A stretch of DNA of 64,000 nt, taken from Eledone cirrhosa (taxonomy: Eukaryota). Positions 42,817 to 55,905 of the stretch are shown here, piece by piece. Where the stretch lies: contig OZ024740.1 in NCBI GenBank assembly GCA_964016885.1, positions 184,822,001 through 184,886,000 of the forward strand, read 5' to 3'. Numbering within the stretch: position 1 is the stretch's first letter; every line of letters begins with the position of its first letter. Position numbers and translations under genes: made by a program. The notes under the pieces are model-generated. The model searched no databases, was not told where the DNA came from, and was given only the letters and a program-made list of their open reading frames with translations.

Positions 42817-44387
42817 TCTTTTACTCTCTTACCTGTTTCAGCCATCCGGCTGAGGCCATGCTGGGGCACCGCCCTTGTTGCTACACATTTTATCTCCAGC
42901 CTGTATAGGTTGGCCACTGGTGTAGGAGGGAGTTTGTTGCTGCTGCCCTTAGGTTTTCCTCGTGTCTTGCTGTGGGCTCATCCGGGATCCTGGATAACAA
43001 GGTATCGAGATGTTTCTTAAAGACATCCACCTCCACGTCATGCAAGTCTCGCAGATGCCTCGGCAGCCTGTTGAAGAGTTGAGGGCCCTTGAATCCCAGG
43101 CTATTGCAATACCTGCTCCTTATTCTAGATGTGGAAGACGGAACCTTTGACACCACACAGTGACGTCCTGTTCGACGGTTGGTCCAGCTCCCAATGCCAA
43201 AGTTTGGTGCTAGACCCTCCAGGATTTTCCACATGTAGATCACTGCGTATCTCTCCCGTCTTCGCTCCAAGGAGTAGAGGTTCAGTTCCTTCAGCCTTTC
43301 CCAGTAGCTTGTCTCCCTCATCTTGGCAATCCTCTTGGTGTAGCTTCGCTGGATTGCCTCAAGCTCCGTGGTTAGTTTGACACTATGGGGTGACCACAGC
43401 TGGGAGCAGTAGTCCAGGCGGCTTAGGACAAAAGTCCTCCACAGTGTCAACATGGTGTCTCGATCTCTTGTAAGGAAAGTCCTCAAGATCCAGCCAGCGA
43501 ATCGTCTACATGCTGTCGCCACCTTCATGATGTGTGAAGAAAAAGATGCATCATCGCTCATGTCTATGCCCAGGTCTCGTATCGATTTTGACACGGGGAT
43601 ATCGGTCCCTCCGCTATATTTGTGTTTGTGTTTGCAGGTTTGTATTGTAGGGCTTGGAATTTGCCAGTATTAAACAGCATGTTGTTTTCTTCCGCCCATC
43701 TGTATATGGCATCCAGATCCTGCTGTAAGAGGGCAGCGTCAGCCGGGTTTTTGATTGCCTGTGCTACATTAGTGTCATCAGCATAGCTAGTGAGGGATGT
43801 TGTTGCATGCACCACAGAGGGCATGTCCGAGAGAGCCACCAAAAACAGTAGTGGTCCCAGGACTGTCTCCTGAGGCACCCCACTTGTTATCGGTGTTTCC
43901 CTCGAGAGGGCCCCATTTGCTGCGACTGCCTGGCTTCTGTCCCTTAGGAAGCCATGCAGCCACTCACCTACTTTTCCAGTTATGCCGAGTCCATGTAGTT
44001 TGTGACATATCATTCCGTGGTCGACCTTGTCAAAGGCCTTCGCAAAGTCAAGACATATCACGTCTACATGTGAGCTGTCTAGTAGTTGTCTCAGTACCCA
44101 GTCGTAGTGATGTAGCAGCTGTGTAAGGCAGCTTCTTCCTGGGCGGAAGCCATGTTGCGTGCTAGTCAGGCGGTCATTTTCTTCGAGGAAAGTGATTAGT
44201 TTCTTTCTGACGACTCGCTCCATGACCTTACTGATATGCGACGTCAGGGAGACTGGCCTATAGTTCTTGGCCTCCGCTCTACTACCTCCTTTATGGATAG
44301 AGCATATTGTGCCTTCTTTCAGCTCCCTGGGTAGTACACCGCTAGCCAATGAGCTTCTGAAGAGCATCTTCAGTGGAGTTGCTAAGG

Positions 44388-44392
<5 letters not shown>
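42817..44392 (-). mobile_element. 5'-truncated CR1-type LINE (RT pseudogene)
   Basis: Motifs [70 protein letters not shown] and SLERRR. There is a frameshift near 43610, and the tail is GCTGAAACAGGTAAGAGAGTAAAAGAG. Confidence 0.9.
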
Positions 44393-44435
<43 letters not shown>

Positions 44436-44456
44436 TACATATATATATATATATAG

Positions 44457-44555
<99 letters not shown>

Positions 44556-44564
44556 TATATATAG

Positions 44565-44595
<31 letters not shown>

Positions 44596-44596
44596 G

Positions 44597-44629
<33 letters not shown>

Positions 44630-44630
44630 G

Positions 44631-44661
<31 letters not shown>

Positions 44662-44663
44662 GA

Positions 44664-44695
<32 letters not shown>

Positions 44696-44796
44696 GATAT
44701 ATATATACATATATATATATATAGATATAGATATATATATACATATATATATATAGATATAGATATACATATATATATATAGATACATATATATAG

Positions 44797-44857
<61 letters not shown>

Positions 44858-44980
44858 TACATATATATATATAGATACATATATATATAGATACATATAT
44901 ATATATAGATACATATATATATATATAGATACATATATATATATAGATACATATATATATATACATATATATATATATAG

Positions 44981-45019
<39 letters not shown>

Positions 45020-45095
45020 TACATATATATATATACATATATATATATATAGATACATATATATATATACATATATATATATATAGATACATATA

Positions 45096-45129
<34 letters not shown>

Positions 45130-45130
45130 G

Positions 45131-45163
<33 letters not shown>

Positions 45164-45188
45164 GATACATATATATATATATATATAG

Positions 45189-45221
<33 letters not shown>

Positions 45222-45231
45222 GATACATATA

Positions 45232-45305
<74 letters not shown>

Positions 45306-45310
45306 CATAT
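44393..45310. repeat. (TA)n array with TAGATACA interruptions
   Basis: Same interruption motif as 41079-42816, on the other side of the CR1-type LINE. Confidence 0.92.
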
Positions 45311-46138
45311 AGAAACGTCGGCACGTTACGTATCAAGGAAGCTATTTTTATCAAACGATTGCAACCGCAAATAAACAACCGATCAGAGAGAAGCGAAATG
45401 AGATGGCTGGTTTAAGTTAACAAGCGATGCAACAACACAAAACACACGCACACACACACACGCACACACACACACAGTAGCATTCCACCATACGTACATA
45501 CTACACTGCCAATACAGAGGAACAAGGCAACAACACACGCACACACACACACACACTCAAGCGAGACAACAACACACGCACACACACAGTAACATTTAAC
45601 AAACAGGCAGAGAATGGACTGACAGCTAGCGCCATCCCACTCCCTCATTCGGTCGCTGACCTCTGTACGACCGACCCCATTTCACGCGCACGCGCGCTCT
45701 GCCGAATACCTCAGATATTCAAAACAACAAACAGCGAAGGACGCGTTATGGACTTGTCCGACAGACAACCTTTTCCCCCATCCCGGAAAAAACCCCAGTT
45801 GATGGATGTGAATCCGAAATATATAGGGACTATTAAATCTCTCCCAAGGTAACTCTCTCTTGTGTTGTTATTTTTATTTTATCCTTTATACTCTTCCCTT
45901 CATTCTACACATCTTATACACACCACGCATTTCAACGTACACCCACTTACATCTCTCTCTACCACCGGACCTTGTTACCCTGAGATTTACCCATTTGCAT
46001 TGTTGAGGCTTCCAAACGACTTAAAGATATTTACTTATTGTTCCACAATGCTTCAAGCAAACTTCAATACTCTCATATATATATATGTATATATATATAT
46101 ATATGCATATGTATATGTATATATGTATATGTATATAT

Positions 46139-46208
<70 letters not shown>

Positions 46209-46430
46209 GTATATATATATATATGGATAGTTTTAATATATATAAGATTCTACAGGACTAGAACTGTTTCATTCTTTAGAAATCATCAGGAATCTGAAAA
46301 ATACCTGATGATTTCTAAAGAATGAAACAGTTCTAATAGAATCTCATCTATATTAAAACTTTTATACTCTATGTTTTGAGTACCTTACTTACTGTGGTTA
46401 CCTCCGATACAACCTGGAATAACTTACCTA
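45311..46430 (+). mobile_element. Penelope-like element 3' end
   Basis: 45311-45415 reads [27 protein letters not shown]...*, matching the GIY-YIG C-terminal E...P.xN motif. A 3' UTR follows, then fold-back 46229-46360 with CTGATGA(46305)-TTTCTAAAGAAT-GAAAC. Confidence 0.72.
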
Positions 46431-46559
46431 TATATATGTATATATATATATGTGTACCTGCATATATGTAAGTGTGTATGTGTATATATGTGTGTGTATA
46501 TATGTGTATATATATATATGTAACCCATGCTAGTGTATGTGTGTGAATATATATATATT

Positions 46560-46641
46560 CATAGCTGCTAGGATAGTTTAGAAACTGTTACTAGGAAATT
46601 ACAGAACACATTTACCACATGCACACACACATATATATATT

Positions 46642-46690
<49 letters not shown>

Positions 46691-46763
46691 GTGTGTGTGC
46701 ATGTGGTAAATTTGTTCAGTAATTTCCTAGTAAGATAGTTTGTAAACTATCTTAGCAGCTATG
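46560..46763. repeat. Inverted repeat around a TA/CA microsatellite
   Basis: CATAGCTGCTA..TTACTAGGAAATTAC..ATTTACCACATGCACACAC and its reverse complement. Confidence 0.8.
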
Positions 46764-47013
46764 CCAGTAACTATCTTTATAACAATGCTAACTATTGTTA
46801 TAATATTCATATATAGATATGGTAGTATGGGAAAATGAACTGAATGGAATATAATGAAATGAACATCTATTGTGAACGTTTTGTTAAAGATTTGCTTCAG
46901 ATCTCTCTCTTATGTGGCCAGAAGTTGAAGCATTCATCTGTCTCTCTCTTCTACTTATATTTGTAGCCTCTTTCTTTCCAGTTTATGCCTTTGGATATAT
47001 ATATACATATATA

Positions 47014-47044
<31 letters not shown>

Positions 47045-47181
47045 CTATTTGTATATATATATATATGTATGTATATATATATGCATGTATTGGGTCGTCA
47101 AGTATGAAATTTGTAGACAATGTTTTTTTTTTCCACAAATACCTACACAGTTCATACTTGATGACCGAATATATATATATG

Positions 47182-47230
<49 letters not shown>

Positions 47231-47514
47231 AAAGGGAGAAAAAGACGATTATTAGGAAGAAAAAAATTTATTTTCCCCTTTTATTTCTTTCTCTCTTTTT
47301 TCTGGGTTAGAAAATGATTAAAACGAAATATTTTACTTTGTGTGAAGTGTTAAGGTATTAGTTAAAGTATATGTGTATGTATATATATATGTGGGTGGGT
47401 GTGTGTACTTATCTATATAAATATATATGTGTACATATCTCTATATATGCATACATATCTATACATATGTATATATCTATATATACAACTATCTCTCTCT
47501 CCCTATATATATAT

Positions 47515-48060
47515 ATCATCATCATCATTTAACGTCTATCTTCCACTTGAGGCGAGATTGGTCAGCTGACCGTGTCTCGCTCATATAGGACTATCTGGCA
47601 GGTTTTCTACAGGTGGATGGCCTTCCTAACACCAACCACATTTACAGTGTGGACTGGGAGCTTTTTACTGTTACCTACATTACCACATTACGGCGTGGAC
47701 TGTGTTTCTTTTTTGTAGTGACACCTACACAACCTTATTTGTTTGGACTGGATGTTGTGGTACCAACATAACTTTATAGAGAAAGGGTGGTGTTGGTGGA
47801 AGTGGGTGGATAAGGTAGGGGGAGTGTTTGGTTTGTTTGGTTTGGAGGAGCCTACTGACTGTAGGTTAACTTTGCACAACATGGCGCCAAAGATCTCGAT
47901 CCAGTGACATTGTCTTAGAGAGGTGTAAGTGTGTAAGGTTAGAATTTGTTCGCTCTTAGTAGTATTCTGAAATGGGCATACTCATTTGCACTTCTTAATA
48001 TATATCTTAACAAATTACCAGCACAAGTGCTAATTATATGCCAAACAGTACATCCATTTC
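47515..48060 (-). mobile_element. RTE 3' end with extended 3' UTR
   Basis: Collinear with ~12500-13180: ORF end, CCTACAGTCAGTAGGC, C-rich tract, GGTGTTAGGAAGG core and (GAT)n tail. Confidence 0.8.
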
Positions 48061-48082
48061 AGAATAATTCCTAAAGTGAATA

Positions 48083-48265
48083 ATTGTTTCTACTTTTGGC
48101 ACAAGGCCAGCAATTACCCAGTGCATTACTGGTACTTTATTTTATCGACCCCGTAAGGATAAAAGGCAAAGTCAACCTCAGCGGGATTTGAACTCAGATC
48201 GTAAAGGAACGTAACTATGCTGGAAAGCATGGTGTCCGACTCTTTACCAATACTGCCAACCGACC
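48083..48265 (-). mobile_element. SINE family A copy
   Basis: TTTATCGACCCCGTAAGGATAAAAGGCAAAGTCAACCTCAGCGGGATTTGAACTCAG. Confidence 0.8.
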
Positions 48266-48724
48266 TTGTGGGTTTGTGAATAATAGTAAGAGTAATTTAC
48301 AGGGTAATTCGTTTTTACTGGCATATTTACACATGTTGGTTCAATCTCAGTCATACCTTGTATTTATATGGATATAACTTTATCATGCACTCTGGTTGCT
48401 AGCATACATTTTTAGCCATCTTGCCAACAACAACCCTGACTACCTTTTTATACGTAAATAGTGAGTACATGTGTGAATGTGCACGCATATGTGAGCGAAA
48501 GATCACACGTATATGTGTGTATTTGTATTTCCATGCAGACGCACATATACTTATGGGTGAATGTATATGTTTACGTACTATTACATATATGTATGTGTAT
48601 GTTTATGTATTTGGATATTTATTTATATTTTTTTCCCCTCAATTCTTATCCGTTATTTTATTTCAGCCTCACTTTCATTTATCCTAAACTGTTTTCAAAT
48701 CCATATTACTATTCCATAAATAAA

Positions 48725-48791
48725 TATTTCTTCTGATGAATGAAGACAGACATAATTATCTGTCTTCAAGAAACCACTGGTAAATGAAATA
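48725..48791 (+). ncRNA. Complete type I hammerhead ribozyme motif
   Basis: TATTTCTT-CTGATGA(48733)-A-TGAAGACAGA-CATAATTA-TCTGTCTTCA-A-GAAA(48770)-CC-ACT-GG-TA-AATGAAATA. Stem II is a perfect 10 bp, the triplet is GTA, and stem I has one bulge. Confidence 0.75.
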
Positions 48792-50206
48792 GTTATCTTA
48801 TGTTGTTTATTACATAACTATATATATATATATATATATTATGTATATTGTATAATATAATATATATATCATACTATGTATGATATATATACACACACAC
48901 ACACACACACTCAGGCATAGTATGTGTTCATATACACTCACACACAGGCAGGCATAGTCATATTGCACTTGACTTGGTATTAGTGGGTTGTGCTGGATAG
49001 GATATTCCATCATCACCATTAACTAAAAACCTCTTGACTTTTAAAATTACTATCACTTTGCCTGCACTTAATATTATCAATTTTGATAGCTTCTTATCAC
49101 TTTATACTCTTTGATATCCTTAATATCCTCACCTCTGCTAGCTATTTCATATCCTTCTGTTATCTCTTCATACCATGCTTGTCTCACTTTAATTTATTTG
49201 CTTGTTTGTTTTTTTATATATTTTTCATTCATTTAATTACTGAATTCTTTGAATTTCCTATATATTTTACAGCTAACTACAAACGCCATTAAAGTGTATT
49301 TTTCCTTCTTTAGAATCATATAATTTTTATTCAGTTTTCTCTCATGAATGTGATTCTGAACACTTGGAAAGATAAGTGTTTAGACATTTCTTTAATGAGT
49401 AAGTAAGCTTTGACATTGAAATGTGCCAGACTGCTTCTTTTATAATGATATCAACTGAAAAGTGGTGTTTTATGTTTTACAAAATGTGTGGTATATTTTA
49501 AAGTAATGATATAGACTATTTATATATATTTATACACACACACACACATATATATATATCATAGTTAATGGCAGAAAATGTGATAAGAAAGACTGAAATA
49601 GTCTAGAAGCCTTTTAATAGTTAACTTTAAATATGCCTGCACTGTTATCTGGATCACCAATGACTCTAACACAATATTACAATGATGGAATTTCTACATA
49701 TTTGCTCAATCTGCTAGAAAGAGTATTTATATCTCACTCAAATCATACTCTCCCACCATTTTACATGTGAAAGACCCATTGGATAAAATAGTTATTTGTT
49801 TAGTATGATTTAAAATAGATTAGATAATTACATCATGGATTACCTATAATCTGAGGCATTTTAGCCAATTTATTTTCAGGCATAGTAAGTACATTCAAAC
49901 CAAAGCTGAAATGATTGAATGTCTAGCTGCACTCCATCTTGCTAGGAATAACACCCAAATCATTTCCAAATCCCACTTTGACCATCTTATAGAATAAGAC
50001 ACATTTTATAATATATTTTGAGATTTACTATGTCTGAATTTAGAAGTGAAGATCATTGCTGAAATGACTTTCATCATATATCCACTCAAATAAGTTGGAT
50101 TTGTGATCAGAGGCATTTTAATGTGGCCATCTCTATTTTTAGTCCAGAACAGTAGATTGGGAGAAGTGTGAGTTTTGGAGGGGTTGTTTCACAGTATCTC
50201 TTTCAG

Positions 50207-50290
50207 GTCTTTATATCATGGCAGCAACGTTTGTAACAACACTGATGGCAAGCTGTATCAGTGTTGCATTTTCCTTGAACAATATCTTTG
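50207..50290 (+). CDS. Possible 84-nt symmetric internal exon
   Basis: Acceptor TCTCTTTCAG and donor G|GTATGG. Two frames are open: GLYIMAATFVTTLMASCISVAFSLNNIFG or SLYHGSNVCNNTDGKLYQCCIFLEQYL. Confidence 0.25.
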
Positions 50291-50421
50291 GTATGGAGAA
50301 CAGAGAATTGCATGCATAGATAATTGTTAATCTTCCTCAAAAATCCAAGACCTGGCATGAGCTTTGGAAAAGACCTTTAAATGTGCAGATAGATGATCAA
50401 TAAGAAATAGCATTCATTATT

Positions 50422-50535
50422 ATTGAGTTCAAATCCCACCAAAGTTTGCCTTCCATCCTTATGGGGTCGATAAGAAAAAGCATCAGTAATGCACTAGGAT
50501 AATTGCTGGCCTTGTGCCAAAAGTAGAAACAAATA
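50422..50535 (+). mobile_element. SINE family A copy
   Basis: GAGTTCAAATCCCACC...TTTGCCTTCCATCCTTATGGGGTCGATAAG. Confidence 0.75.
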
Positions 50536-50688
50536 TAATTATCTTCAATTTATGTTGGCCTTTCTATGCTTACAAATATGAATTATATATACTTGATAAT
50601 TCTTTTATTTAAACATATGGAAAGAGAAATAATTGTGAGGTTGATCTCCATTGATTGGATCTTTTTTCACTCAGTATATATATATGTT

Positions 50689-50772
<84 letters not shown>

Positions 50773-51910
50773 ATTTATTTTGTGTGCTTTACCAATGATG
50801 CTTTACCGGAACTGGTCATTCTGGTTAATAAACCATGAGGTAAGAGTAAGAAAACACTCTACATTATGCATCTCATTCATTACAGATGTAGAATCCTGTG
50901 GATGGTGCAGGAGCAGAATTAAATATTTATTTAAACAGAAAGCCAGGATAGAGACATCCTTTTAAAATATTAATGCTGCAAAAAACATTATACATATTTC
51001 AATAGACAATTTACATCATCCAATAATGATGTAAGACCTTGGTGACATCATCAGGTGCATATTGCATAATTAGTTAATCAACAAATGGAATTATGCCAAA
51101 CACAAACAGAATATATACTTGATCCAGACATGGCTCTGGGAATTCAGTGTCATTGTTTCAGCAAAGCATCTCTTAATTTGTTAACCCTTCATCGATTAAC
51201 TCTCAGATGATATAAACCTCAGTAGGGAGCAATGGAAAATTGTGAATAGAGTACCAGTAATGCACTGGAGTTGGGTTAATCAGTTTTCCCCTTCCCTTCA
51301 AAATGTTGCCTTGAGCCAAAAGTAGAAACAATTATTATTATCCAATTTTTTTTTTCCTGAGTGAGGAAAAATAGCATTCAGGAAAGATGAAGTGTGAATC
51401 TTGTAATTTTTCTCATTCTTAAGATGACCTTTTAACTTGACATCTTTCTTCACTTCCACTCATGTTGATAATTCTGCAGTTAAACATAATAATAATACAT
51501 TTTCACTGTAATATGTGTTGCATATTTTAAAATATATTTTTGTTGTTGTTTGATAATGTTTGTTTATTTCACCACTTCTACATATTATAAAAAGCTTCAT
51601 AATTATGTATAATACACAGCATCTTTACATAGAATAATGCTTCTTCATATTCATATTGCCAAAAATTCCCTTTTCCGGCTAAAAGCTGTTTCATTTATTT
51701 ATTTATTGTTAGCTTGTCTTTATTTTTTATTTTATTTTATTTTATTTTATTTTAGTATATATTTATTCATACTTTTCACTTTTTTACACAATGCAATTTA
51801 TTTTGATAAAAATATTCAATTTATTTTCTTAAAATGTTTGTGTTTTTATTAAATGTAATTCTTTTTTTAGTAATTTTGTAATAATGTTTTTATTTAATTT
51901 TATTATTTTG

Positions 51911-51950
<40 letters not shown>

Positions 51951-52829
51951 TTATTTATTTCTATTATTGAAATGTTGGGGGAGAGAAAGAAGTGTGTGAG
52001 AGGCAACTTAATGGAAGGAGTTAGAAATTTAGCTTAAAGGGATGAGGTGAGAAATGAAGCTAAAGAGAAAGAAAGAGTGTGTAAATGAGAAAGAGAAACA
52101 TTATTGTTGCTGTTGTTGTTGTAAACCTTTCTGATGCACTTTAAGAACAAATATGTCAAATGTAATTTTTAAAATTGCTGCTCCGAATTGCAATATGGAC
52201 AAGAATACATTCCTGAACTTCTTGTAGATTCCTGATTATTTCTTCTTAATTCATTATTTTGTTCTCAGAATTAGTGTGTGTGTGTTTGTGTCAATGTTTG
52301 TTTATTATTATTGTAATATTAGAATGAAGAATTTGTAGATATATTTCTCATTATCTGTCTATCATGAACATCTATAGTTTTCAAGACAGAAATAGCCTGA
52401 AATCCTTATTCTGGAGACAGATTTGTCTATTGTCTCTTTAACCCTTACAGACAGCAAGGATAATAAAGATTCACAGAAGGAGCCATTATGTGCGTCTTAT
52501 CTGCTAGAAATGGCTGTCAAATATCGCTTAAATCACAATTGCTCTCTCAGAGAAGAAAATCCATGCTGGATATTGTTGTCCTAGGTTCCCTGTTATGTGT
52601 TGGTCAGTGCTAGAACATCTTTGATTATAGATCTGCTACATCAGAACTAGCCTGAGGCTAGACACCAATAACAGCTGTCTCATTTGTCACATTGCAAATT
52701 TGTCAGAGCTTTGTACAATATGTCTTGTGGCATTTTTTCTTCAAATGTATGGCTTTGTGCCCTTGTTAAACTCAATTGTTATTATTATTATCGTTAAACC
52801 ACCAGACACTATGCTTTACACCATAGAAT

Positions 52830-53185
52830 GATGGGCCCTTAAGTTCTGATTGGAAATCCTGGCGAGGTTAGATTTGCCTTTCATCCTTATAGTACCAATA
52901 ATGCACTGGGATTGATTTGACTTTCTCCTCCACACAAAATGTACCAAAAACAGAAACAATTATTATTTTTAAGGCAGTGGATTGGTAAAAATAGAGTATT
53001 GGACAAATGCTCTGTGGTATTTGTTCTGGCTCCTTACTTACATAATTCAAATCCTAATGGGGTTAACTTTTCCTTTCATCCTCCCAAGGTTGATATGATA
53101 AAGTGGTAATCATGCACTGGGGTTGATATAATCAGCTTTCCTCTTCCCCAAAACTGTTATCCTGGTGCCTAAATCAGAACCCATT
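52830..53185 (+). mobile_element. Two adjacent degraded SINE family A copies
   Basis: Two (T)CCTTTCATCCT cores, each followed by ATGCACTGGG. Confidence 0.65.
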
Positions 53186-53219
53186 AATATTATTACTATA
53201 GCCAATCATGGGTGTTTAA

Positions 53220-54270
53220 CACTTGCTTCTAAATCTTAATGTTGTAAGGAAACTTCTTGTCAGTAATGGTAGACCATGGCAGCAGTGCTATTATGTTTAT
53301 TTTTCCACTTCACCTCTCATCCATTGTGCATTTTTATTGCGTTGATTATCTCTGGCCCATATTCCCTCCCAGTATGCCTGAATTTCTGTTAGTGCTGGAG
53401 TGCCTTCTACTGTTATGAATTTTTTGTTGATGTTTCTGGAGAATCTTTTGTTATTTGATTGGAATACTTTATTTTCATGAAAGAAGCATTGGATTTTTTT
53501 TTCAAAGTATTTTATTCTGCATGTTCTTTTACTGCTGTGCTTTGAGCTTTTCTTTGCTTCCAGAGTATCTTCTATTATTTTATTGATATTGTATGTTTTT
53601 CTTTTTTATATGGATAGATTTATTGTATTTCCTTTTCATGTTGGATCCCTCCTTTTCTAGTTCACTAAGTAAGGATAGGTCTTTCTTTTTCTCTCAATTT
53701 TTATGTATTTTATTTTCTTTCCAATTTTCAGAGTGGGGGTTTGGATGAGAGTCCACCTCTATTAGGATCAAGTCTAGTTTCCCTTGATACTGCCATTGAA
53801 TACATCAGATCATTCAGGTTGTCAGTAACAAGGCAGTTTGTTGTCATGAACAGAATTTCTTGCAAGGCTCTAATATATATTTATCTATTCTTTCATAGAG
53901 CTTTCTTATTTGTTTGTAGTTTGGAAGGTGTTTTTCACTGATCCTTCTTTATTGATTTTATGATGTTCTCTTATATATTCTTTATTGTTCCAGTTAGATC
54001 TTCCTCAATGTTAACTCTGGTTGATCTGTTGTGATCTCTGTTTGAACTGTTGTATGTTTTTATTCTGTTTGCAGATAGGTATAGCATTAAAGGTATATTT
54101 GTGTTGTGATTTTCTGTGTGTGTATGTGATTGTGTGTGTTTCTATGGTAGTTTTCTATGGTCTTATCATTTTTGATTTTAGTTTTTTTTCTCTGTATGTG
54201 TTTTTGATTAACTGTACTATCTTATATGTTTCTTGCATGACTGGTTCAATAGGACTTTCACTTTAGTTTG
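53220..54270 (-). mobile_element. Degraded R4/Dong-type non-LTR retrotransposon fragment
   Basis: The minus strand reads ENKVFQSNNKRFSRNINKKFITVEGTPALTEIQAYWEGIWARDNQRNKNAQW, with RKDLSLLSEL upstream. This resembles the pre-RT region of R4/Dong ORFs. Confidence 0.65.
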
Positions 54271-54329
54271 ACTTATTTCCAATGTTGTTGTTGTTGTCGT
54301 TGTTAGATTAGGGAGTCAGTAGATTCATC

Positions 54330-54515
54330 AGAGAATATGCCTCATGATATTCATTCCATATTTTACATTCTGAGTTCAAATCCCATCAGGTTAGCTTTGT
54401 CTTTCATCCTTCCAGAATTTATGAACTATAGTACCTGTCATGTATTAGGGTTGACTTAATCAATTAATCACTTTCCTAAATGTATGGCCTTCAACAAATG
54501 TTAGAAACAATTATC
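54330..54515 (+). mobile_element. SINE family A copy
   Basis: TTCTGAGTTCAAATCCC...TTTGTCTTTCATCCTT...AGTACC. Confidence 0.65.
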
Positions 54516-55634
54516 ATTATATTAGTGAACTAACCCTGTAGCAATTCCACAGTATAATTAGAAACAACCACCAACTTTTAAAGATCACTTTGACATTTCA
54601 AATGTTTTATTTATGTTATATGTATCCACAGAAAGAATATATACAGTACTCTCTCTCCCCTCCCTCCCTCTCTCTCTCTCTCTCATACACACTCTTACCA
54701 TACTTTTCCCATAATGACTGAGATTAAAGTAAAACTCATTGCATTGTAACTACTACTGCCACCACCACCACTAACACCACTCCCTAACTCTCTATTTCAC
54801 ACACACATACATACCATTTCTTTTCATTAATGATTAGAATTACAGAAAAAAATCTTGGCAATCTACTACTGCTATCACCATCACTACACCCCTTCCACAC
54901 ATATACTTTCCACACCCTTTCCAGAATGACAAACGTTTTATATGATATGTGCTACAGCTTTAATATGACTAGAAATTAGCAGAATTATTCTTTAATGCGC
55001 TTAAACTGTTTTGCCTTTAAGCTGAAACAATTATTTGAAAAATCAAAACAAAACAAAAAAGGAGAATAAAAGATATAAAACAACAAAATAAACAAAATGT
55101 TTCCCAAAAATATTTAAATATCCTTAGAGGTTAAAATCATATTTATTGACAAGATGAATTTTTCAAATTGTTATTCAAATAAACTCTAAACCAACAATGA
55201 AGATCTACAAAAACAAAGACTGAGATGTTTACTTTGCGTTAAATGAGAAAATATTTTATAAAAAAAATAAAATTTAGTAGAATCCAAATAAAATAAAATA
55301 GATAGATACCTCTTTGATGAAATGCCATTGTCATTTTGATTTGTCATGCAGAAGTAATGGCAAGAATTTCACTAAGCCTAGCATGTGTATGGCAAGCCGT
55401 TGAAGGTTTTATGTAAATTTTTGTGTTTATGCAGCACAGTTAACATTAGAAGCAATCTTAATGATGAAATCTCTTTATGGGCAAAAGAAAGCAAGTGATT
55501 CTTTTGGCAAATTAGATGGGCCTCTCTGGTGTCAACATTCATCTAATGTTACTTCTTTGATGAAACAGCGCTGTTGTTTTGATTACTCATGCAAAAGTAT
55601 ATTGGGAGTGAACATAGAAATATTAATGATAATA

Positions 55635-55905
55635 ATAGTTTCTGATTTAGGCTCAAGGCCAACAATTCTGGGGGAGAGGGGAAAGTCAATTAAATTGAGC
55701 CCAGTGCGTTATTGGTACTTTATTTTATTGACTCCGTAAACTAACATCGGCAAGATTTCAACTCAGAGTGTAAAGGGATATAACTATATGCCCCAAAGCA
55801 TGTTGTCCAACACTCTACTGATACTGCTAATCCACTGATATTTCTGATTTAGGCACAAGGCCAACAATTTTAGTGGGAGAGGGGAAATTCAATTAAATTG
55901 ACTCC
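55635..55905 (-). mobile_element. SINE family A copy plus a duplicated 3' piece
   Basis: TTTCTGATTTAGGC(T/A)CAAGGCCAACAATT occurs twice, and GGTACTTTATTTTATTGAC is present. Confidence 0.6.

Noticed and set aside
43564-45378. 604-aa RT fusion ORF
   Set aside because: The N-terminal half is a TA array read in frame with a truncated LINE RT.
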